Source of the DNA: a virus
Taxonomy: Duplodnaviria > Heunggongvirae > Uroviricota > Caudoviricetes
Virus record (IMG/VR): IMGVR_UViG_3300025131_000004
Direction: 5' to 3' (one strand)
Length of the DNA: 64,000 bases
Each line of letters begins with the position of its first letter. Within the stretch, counting starts at the first letter, position 1. The translations under genes and the position numbers were made by a program. The notes beneath the pieces were generated by a model. It was not told where the DNA came from. It was given only the letters and a program-made list of their open reading frames with translations, and did not search any database. This document shows positions 57,673 through 64,000 of this stretch, piece by piece.

Positions 57673-59105
57673 TGGCAGACCTAACGACAACAACCACCTT
57701 CGATGCTCTGTTGGCGATAAGAAAGGAGAGAGATCCTGATCCAGGAGGTCAGGTAAAGAGCTTCACAGGATCGTTCGAAGCGTCCTTCCTTCCTATAAAC
57801 AGCCCAGTCGATGTAGCCGGTGAGCTACGTATGGTCGATGGGTATATCCTGGGCTCGCTTCGGATCGGCACATCCGCCTTCTACCTCCCCGTATCTGTCG
57901 CAATCCTTGAAGGGAACAACCTCAACTCTGGTACGTTCACATTCATTCTTCCCGAGTCCGAATGGCCTGATGATTTGGGGGCGAGCAATGGCTTCTTCTT
58001 TGCTGACGGAGTCACAGGAACAGTTGACGCGACCTTTTCAAATATTACATTGAACTTTGCGAACCCCGGATCTCTGGTCTACTCGCCTGCAGGGAACGCT
58101 TCGTCAGGAACACTTGTTCTTGCAGAGGTGTTGACACCCTTTGTCCCTGTTTCGTATGACGCACCAGAAGACTTTATGTCCTTTGTCCCAGACACTGTCA
58201 ATTCTCTGACAGAGGTTGAGGTGAACAGGGAGCTGTCTCCGTTTGAGAACTGGGGACTGTTGACTGGAATCAAGAGGTTGCCAGGAGAAAAGAACTTTTC
58301 TATGGGAAAGAGGGTGGAGGAGGCACGCGTGCTTAAGTCTGCCTCTTCAACCTCAGGGCTCATGAATGGACTGACAAGAGACCTTGCACTTGGTCGAAGA
58401 GACGCACTTGAGATCCGTGTCATAGATGCCGGTGGAGCGATTGAAGATTTCTTTATCGATATACAAGACTCTCACATCAGGCTGTATAACAGATATGTTG
58501 ATGATGAGAATTTCAATTTGGAAGCAGAGATAGATCTTCGAGCGGCCAACGCTTTGACACTTGACCTTCTGATTCAACAGATCAATATACAGTCTGCAGT
58601 CTTCCGGGCCTTCTCTTTGGTCACCAATCCAGAACAAGTCTTTAGCAAGACCCTGATAAATCAAACCAACAGGACGATTGTCCGCGATGAAAAGATCCCA
58701 ATTGCGACAAGGTTCAGAACAACGCATGCTCCCATCAAGAGCGGCTCCTTGTACCTTTCTGACACAACGGCCTTCTCAAATGAGGTTACCACTCTTGCAA
58801 CTCTGAATGTTGCAGGAGATTTCTTCGTTGATTATCAAAACGGTTATATCGCATCCATCTCCTTGCCTGAGATTGATAGCTCCATCTCCTATAGGTATAT
58901 AGAGTTTCCATTCAGAGCTGAGATGAGCGATGTGGTTGTAAACGATATCAATTCAGATAGCTTTAGGAGGCACTTCTTTGCGCAGGTCGCACAGGATATC
59001 TATACGGATATTGATGATGCTACAGTCGATGGAGTTCCAACAGACGAAATGTTTGAGATAATTGAAGAGCTGCTGAATGTAGCAAACGTATATTGGGGAC
59101 CATAA
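57672..59105 (+). CDS. Baseplate wedge (gpI/gp53-region-like) protein with shared N-terminal tag
   Basis: MADLTTTTTFDALL; FENWGLLTGIKRLPGEKN, a wedge-type D/E..GL..G..RL.GE.N pattern. Confidence 0.6.
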   Translation: MADLTTTTTFDALLAIRKERDPDPGGQVKSFTGSFEASFLPINSPVDVAGELRMVDGYILGSLRIGTSAFYLPVSVAILEGNNLNSGTFTFILPESEWPDDLGASNGFFFADGVTGTVDATFSNITLNFANPGSLVYSPAGNASSGTLVLAEVLTPFVPVSYDAPEDFMSFVPDTVNSLTEVEVNRELSPFENWGLLTGIKRLPGEKNFSMGKRVEEARVLKSASSTSGLMNGLTRDLALGRRDALEIRVIDAGGAIEDFFIDIQDSHIRLYNRYVDDENFNLEAEIDLRAANALTLDLLIQQINIQSAVFRAFSLVTNPEQVFSKTLINQTNRTIVRDEKIPIATRFRTTHAPIKSGSLYLSDTTAFSNEVTTLATLNVAGDFFVDYQNGYIASISLPEIDSSISYRYIEFPFRAEMSDVVVNDINSDSFRRHFFAQVAQDIYTDIDDATVDGVPTDEMFEIIEELLNVANVYWGP

Positions 59106-61718
59106 ATGGCTGATCTGAATGTCACAACCACACTTGATGCAATCCTTCAAGCGACGAATACGGTGTTTCGTCCAGCGACAAAGATAGCAAAGACCTATGA
59201 GGTCTTTGATCATGTCGCTGGCTTTCAATGGGACAAGATGAGATGGACCGTACCAAGGACGATGAACACAGATGCAACGATTCCGGCCCTTATGGATCCA
59301 GTCACAACTGGGTTGCCAGACAGCATCTTTCAGTCGGGGATAGGTGACAAGAACGACATCAAGTTGTTGAAGATCGAAGACATGAAGAACTCTGTCGATC
59401 GTTGGGTCGCGCGAGTCACACCCGGTACATACTTTGTTCACCGTGACAGATATTGGTTGTATTCCGAGGACTCGATCATCGACTCTCTTGGCAGAGACGT
59501 GGACACTGACGGCAACAGTAGGATTGATCTATGGTTCGAGCCTCTTATCAACAGCCCGATCACAGCAGCATACCTGACATATGATTCTACAGGAGACATT
59601 CAATATCAGAATGAGTTTGTTCAGGTTGATCAGTTTACAGGTCTTAGAGTGAATGGAGTGGAGCTGGATCCTTCTCTGGATATCAGCAACGCTGACACTT
59701 CACTCTTCGAGTTCAGGACCACATTCAATCTAGGTAGCGTGGTGGAAGACGAAGCTCTTGTTGTCACAGTCGACGCAAGCGACATCGGTACTGTTATATT
59801 GGCAGGCACTCCTCTGTCTGTATACCCTCTCGAGTTCACCCATCCCGACATCTTCGTAAGAGAGCTCAGCTTCGACGCCTGGATAGACGGATTTAGAAAT
59901 AGCACCTTGGTGGTAGGAGATTATTACATTGGCTATAGAGACTCTGTCGCTCCTTCTGGAGCCATTCAGGTTTTCTTGCCTGTTGGCGGGCACCCAAGCT
60001 ATGGATGCATCAGCTATTCAAATGACTACCCTGCAAATCTAAGCTTCAACGGCAACAGGGCCTTGACGAGAACTGTCGTCGCGATAGGAACCACGGACGG
60101 CTCCCCAAGCCAGGGTATATTTCTAGACATCTTTCCCGCCTTTGACGAGACAAGCTTGGGTGTCCTAGACACATGGAGCTTCTCTCTCTTTGTAAACGCA
60201 GTGGAGTATACAAGAGTTGCAGACTTTTCTGTCTCTGGTCCGGGAGATCTGCACTTCACGTTGGATGCAGAGTATGGAATAGTAAGGTTGGGTAACGGCC
60301 CTAACGGAATCATCCCTCTACCTGCACTGGCTATCACAGCAACATATGATGCAGTTCCATTCATCCAGTATGAACCCATGGGGGCTTCGGGGTCATTCAG
60401 AGACAGAGAGCTCAATCTTGATCCTGTCACCAACTCTCTCGATAGGGGGTTCATCTATCTATCGAACAGGCTTCTTCAGATTGATCATCTCCATCTGGAA
60501 GCGCCAAATCACAGCATCAATCCACTGACAGGGAACTACGGACCTCTTCAGGCAGGTCTTGATCTGATGTTCCTTCTTGGAAAGGTTCATGATGTTCGTC
60601 ACGACGGAGTCCCCAACATAGACGTCGACTTTTTCAACCCAGACGCCTCCGGACAATTCGTAGCAGCAAGCAGGAGAACGAATCAAAACGGAGAGGCATA
60701 TGCACAATTCCTGACAGACGGTGACGTAGAGAGCTACATGGTAGACACACATCTCTACCAGCCCGTACCAGGACTGGACCTTGCCGCCGACGCAGTCGGT
60801 ATGTTGGCTACAGCTGATCCAGGACTTGTTGGAACGACTGAGATTCTTGATGTCAATCCTGGTGGTGGTGCAATTTGGGCTGGAGATGGTGCAGCTTGGA
60901 CCAACAACGCGTTGGTTGTTCCAAGTGTATTGACCGGGACTGCTGCTAACTCATTTGTGTTTGTAACAGAGAACGGAGACCCAGCAGACCTGTATGATAA
61001 CAATTTGCGAACAGGGGGTCGGAACAGTATACTCGCATACATAAACGCCCAAGGGTCTTGGAGTGTTCTACACCCGATAGCAGTAACTGCTTCGGGGGCC
61101 TTCACTAATCTTGTCTTTGATAGAGAGTTGAGGACAAAAGACACAACAGTCTCTCCTCACGTTGAGAGAGAGGTGAACCCGACTCAGATTGCCGGGAATC
61201 CTGGATTCAATACGATGAAGTTCAGGTCTTTATCTGACAGAGAGGTGTCTTTCTGCTGTCAGACGGTAAACTCTCCAGTCTTGACCTCCAACACTCTTAC
61301 GTTTGATGTCCAGATTGCCAACAGGCTGCTTGGTGAGTGGACGTTGCCGACACCGACAGCGTCTGCAGGTTCTGGACTTGGAGGTGCGATCTGGATGTTC
61401 CTCAACTCTGAGATGAGAGTTGATAACATCCTTCCAGTAAGTGGACCGATTGCTGGTGGCACAGTTGTCACAATCACGGGTGACAGAATGCCTGTGGACA
61501 CAGAGCTTAAGCCAAACGTATGGCTGACCTCTTCTGCGAATGTTCAAACCATTATCGTTGACGCAGATGTCACGTTGAGCGTAGATGCTAGAACGATGAC
61601 AGTAACAATGCCTGCTCTTGCAGCGGGAGCTTATGAGTTGGTGGTAGGATGGAGAAGGCCTGAGACAGTAGGTCCAAATCCTCATCAGATTACCTTCGCC
61701 ACCTACACATATGTATAA
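59106..61718 (+). CDS. Baseplate/fibre-attachment protein with C-terminal IPT/TIG domain
   Basis: MADLNVTTTLDAIL; FTLDAEYGIVRLGNG..G.IP; ILPVSGPIAGGTVVTITG. Confidence 0.65.
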   Translation: MADLNVTTTLDAILQATNTVFRPATKIAKTYEVFDHVAGFQWDKMRWTVPRTMNTDATIPALMDPVTTGLPDSIFQSGIGDKNDIKLLKIEDMKNSVDRWVARVTPGTYFVHRDRYWLYSEDSIIDSLGRDVDTDGNSRIDLWFEPLINSPITAAYLTYDSTGDIQYQNEFVQVDQFTGLRVNGVELDPSLDISNADTSLFEFRTTFNLGSVVEDEALVVTVDASDIGTVILAGTPLSVYPLEFTHPDIFVRELSFDAWIDGFRNSTLVVGDYYIGYRDSVAPSGAIQVFLPVGGHPSYGCISYSNDYPANLSFNGNRALTRTVVAIGTTDGSPSQGIFLDIFPAFDETSLGVLDTWSFSLFVNAVEYTRVADFSVSGPGDLHFTLDAEYGIVRLGNGPNGIIPLPALAITATYDAVPFIQYEPMGASGSFRDRELNLDPVTNSLDRGFIYLSNRLLQIDHLHLEAPNHSINPLTGNYGPLQAGLDLMFLLGKVHDVRHDGVPNIDVDFFNPDASGQFVAASRRTNQNGEAYAQFLTDGDVESYMVDTHLYQPVPGLDLAADAVGMLATADPGLVGTTEILDVNPGGGAIWAGDGAAWTNNALVVPSVLTGTAANSFVFVTENGDPADLYDNNLRTGGRNSILAYINAQGSWSVLHPIAVTASGAFTNLVFDRELRTKDTTVSPHVEREVNPTQIAGNPGFNTMKFRSLSDREVSFCCQTVNSPVLTSNTLTFDVQIANRLLGEWTLPTPTASAGSGLGGAIWMFLNSEMRVDNILPVSGPIAGGTVVTITGDRMPVDTELKPNVWLTSSANVQTIIVDADVTLSVDARTMTVTMPALAAGAYELVVGWRRPETVGPNPHQITFATYTYV

Positions 61719-61727
61719 GGAGTTATA

Positions 61728-63908
61728 ATGGCTGACAAGCTAGCAGATCTATTTCCGGTCGCAATCACCTTCCAGGACGGAGAGTCGCCTGCTCCTGGTA
61801 AGCTAAACACATGGGCGTCACAAACCGATTCTGCCTTATTGGCATTGGAGCGTCTTATCGGAGATGCCTTCCACGAATCAGAAGGAAAAAGCGAAGCGAC
61901 CTATCTCACCAATGTTGTAAGAGCCATTGGAAGAGTAGGCGATGTTCAGGCTAGGATTCCAACTAACGCGACCTTTAGATACAGGCAGGATCTTCCTATA
62001 GGATTGAAAGAGTTTGATCTTAGGTTCATGCCGAAGAATCCGCCACCTCTGACATTTACGACAGGCGTCGGCGCACCTGCAGTGCAGAACGCAGCGATCA
62101 CTGACAACAATGCTGGAGGTTGGGAAGCCCCAACAGCAAACCGTGTCAACACACCCCAAGACCTTACAACAGATGGTCAATGGACCATAACCGGCAAGAG
62201 GGTCAGAACCGCCATCGCCACTGCAGCTGGGGACACCGGTGTCGAGTACGTTGAGTATGAGGTGGATCCGACAACGTTTGTGAATGGCTATGGAGTCAGA
62301 AACGGTCCGAACGTGGTGCCGAATATCGCTCAGATCTCACAGAATGTGACTACGGGTCCACCATTAACTTTCCACAACCTTGTCTGTACCATTACTGACA
62401 ACGGTGCAAAGAACTATACAATTCAACTACCTTTGATCAAGTGGTATGACGATAGAGACGGTACTCTTGTAGACTTCCAGCTCGCAAACGACGGTGTTGT
62501 CGGTACTATCCCAAGGTATGCGGTTCCTGGTTTCTGGGGCACAGAGTATGCCATCCTAAATCCTGCGGACAATATCCCAGAAGGTCTTGTCCAGCTATGG
62601 TTCATTGAGTACAACGGAGCGGGAGCGATCAGCAGACTGAGGCCAGTTCAGAACAACCAAGGTAACAACCCAATTGTCTATTCGTACACAGACAGAAATA
62701 CATTCATTCTTCAACTACCGGCAGAAATGGATGCCCTTGATCTGGGAACACATGCCTCTAGGCATTACATAGCTACGTTTGGTGGCTATGGCCTGGCCGC
62801 CGCAATAAAGAATCTTATGGGCTTTATGCAGGAGCATGCTCACGACGGAAGTGATGAGAGCGTAACGGTGCCTCATGCCGGCATAGGACAGAGATTCTCC
62901 CTGCCCAGATACACAGAGTCTACAACCGCCTTTAATGATCACCCACAGTACCTGCTGAGGGAAGGGTACAACCACCTCGACCCACGCAATGCAGACAACT
63001 CCATGATCGGAGATCTGCATTTGGGCTCTCAAGCAGCTCCCACAGACATGGCAGACGTCGATGATTTCTCTGCGGACGATTCGTATAAGTTGCTCCTTGG
63101 TCCCGTTGCCAATCTAGAGGGTATCTACTACGACGAAGGAACTGATGGTCCAGGATGGCAATTGCCGACAAGTGCGGTCCCCACAGCAAGTGACGACGGT
63201 GGCCTCTGGTTCTTTGACACTGGAAATGATTCAACTCTTTACCTAGGCACCGCAAACGCAGACATCAACAGCAAGTTGCTTTATCTACGAGCAGACGCTT
63301 CTGCAAGAGAGGTGGCGGTGGGCGCCACAGGCGGAGCGGTCGTTTTGACATATGACCAGACAAGAACTGGTTACTATTCTTGGGACTGCTATGATGCTGT
63401 TCTCTTCCATAACCAGGATGAGACTCCGCCCGGGTATACTGTTCAATATCCTGACAACAATGGCTGGGAGATAGACTATGTGATTGATGCGCCGGGGGCC
63501 GTAACACCTAGGATCAGAAAGATTGGAGTGGATGCCGTAAACGATTCTGATGTCGCTTTCACAGTACCACTTAAACTGCCTCATGGTGTCACTGTTACGG
63601 AGATGGAGGTTCTTTGGTCCGCTGCTGGGGCTCTTCGAATTCGAGCAGACATCGTTAGACAGAACATAACAAATGGAATTGTCGACGGTGTTGGGGCAAG
63701 AGCTTCGGAAAGATGGGGCCCTGTTACAATGAATAATGCTGGAGCGGCCGTCACTCTTCAAGCTCACGGAGCTGTTCCAGTAGGACTGATAACAGATCTG
63801 CAATCTTTTTCCTACCACCTTCATATTAGATCAACGGTAGCAGCAGAGGACACTCAAAGTATCCATGGTGGAAGAATCACATATACCTATAAAGACTTGG
63901 TACGTTAA
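61728..63908 (+). CDS. Putative tail fibre / receptor-binding protein
   Basis: TAAGGAG RBS; FQDGESP..KLN..LERLIGD N-terminus; HAHDG and DHPQYL fibre-type motifs; beta-sandwich C-terminus. Confidence 0.6.
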   Translation: MADKLADLFPVAITFQDGESPAPGKLNTWASQTDSALLALERLIGDAFHESEGKSEATYLTNVVRAIGRVGDVQARIPTNATFRYRQDLPIGLKEFDLRFMPKNPPPLTFTTGVGAPAVQNAAITDNNAGGWEAPTANRVNTPQDLTTDGQWTITGKRVRTAIATAAGDTGVEYVEYEVDPTTFVNGYGVRNGPNVVPNIAQISQNVTTGPPLTFHNLVCTITDNGAKNYTIQLPLIKWYDDRDGTLVDFQLANDGVVGTIPRYAVPGFWGTEYAILNPADNIPEGLVQLWFIEYNGAGAISRLRPVQNNQGNNPIVYSYTDRNTFILQLPAEMDALDLGTHASRHYIATFGGYGLAAAIKNLMGFMQEHAHDGSDESVTVPHAGIGQRFSLPRYTESTTAFNDHPQYLLREGYNHLDPRNADNSMIGDLHLGSQAAPTDMADVDDFSADDSYKLLLGPVANLEGIYYDEGTDGPGWQLPTSAVPTASDDGGLWFFDTGNDSTLYLGTANADINSKLLYLRADASAREVAVGATGGAVVLTYDQTRTGYYSWDCYDAVLFHNQDETPPGYTVQYPDNNGWEIDYVIDAPGAVTPRIRKIGVDAVNDSDVAFTVPLKLPHGVTVTEMEVLWSAAGALRIRADIVRQNITNGIVDGVGARASERWGPVTMNNAGAAVTLQAHGAVPVGLITDLQSFSYHLHIRSTVAAEDTQSIHGGRITYTYKDLVR

Positions 63909-64000
63909 ATGGCAGAACAGATCCCTATCCAATTCAAGGTAAGTCCAGTCACACAGCACGAAAGAAGAGTTCCGGTAAGAGTTGTGTCAAAGAAGCCAAT
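63909..64000 (+). CDS. Start of the next gene (truncated by the window)
   Basis: TAAATG junction, MAEQIPIQFKVSP..., frame open to the window end. Confidence 0.55.
   Translation, partial: MAEQIPIQFKVSPVTQHERRVPVRVVSKKP

Noticed and set aside
156-63824. Numerous short overlapping ORFs (60-200 aa) in alternative frames or strands in the track
   Set aside because: They are nested within well-supported genes and lack RBSs or motifs, so I treat them as chance ORFs.
1-64000. Full stop-codon reassignment (code 15, 4 or 25)
   Set aside because: Genes up to 2158 aa are intact under code 11, and only one suspicious in-frame TAG was found.
1-64000. CRISPR array, tRNA/rRNA genes, DGR template/variable repeats, integrase or transposase
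   Set aside because: Intergenic gaps are too short. I saw no spaced direct repeats, cloverleafs, adenine-specific repeat pairs or RT/recombinase motifs by eye.
1-64000. Archaeal virus or eCIS/tailocin interpretation
   Set aside because: Terminase, portal and capsid show a complete phage, and the murein hydrolases indicate a bacterial host.

Overview
Late-gene (virion morphogenesis) region of a large contractile-tailed bacteriophage. It is almost fully coding on the + strand: about 53 complete genes, one of them antisense, and both window ends fall inside or at genes. Order: Gly-rich putative ejected/core proteins (one with an ADP-ribosyltransferase-like domain) - HNH - terminase large subunit - portal with a C-terminal MuF-like domain - prohead protease/scaffold - decoration protein - major capsid protein - head/neck accessory proteins, including a GC-rich LamG cassette - tail completion - sheath - three tail-tube-fold genes - two tail chaperones - tape-measure-like protein - 1631-aa protein - 2158-aa hub with M15 peptidase and lytic transglycosylase - gp25-like - baseplate J - wedge/fibre genes. 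The main observation is that the 1631-aa ORF (41768-46663) in the tape-measure/hub position carries, in order and with largely conserved spacing, motifs of both barrels of a two-barrel (beta/beta'-type) RNA polymerase: GxKF-x6-K, GxxRxxxxGKR, RQP and GGDFDADQ. It is probably a single-chain, virion-delivered RNAP. Other notable points: 51 of 53 complete genes end in TAA, and an in-frame TAG sits just upstream of the terminase; a 36-aa motif is repeated between the cargo domains of the first protein; five virion proteins share an N-terminal tag; there are five endonuclease genes of HNH, EndoVII, LAGLIDADG and GIY-YIG type, one apparently catalytically dead; and one gene has a homopolymer frameshift. 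Murein hydrolase domains and AGGAG ribosome-binding sites indicate a bacterial host. All assignments come from motif recognition by eye. No searches were run, and GC values are estimates.
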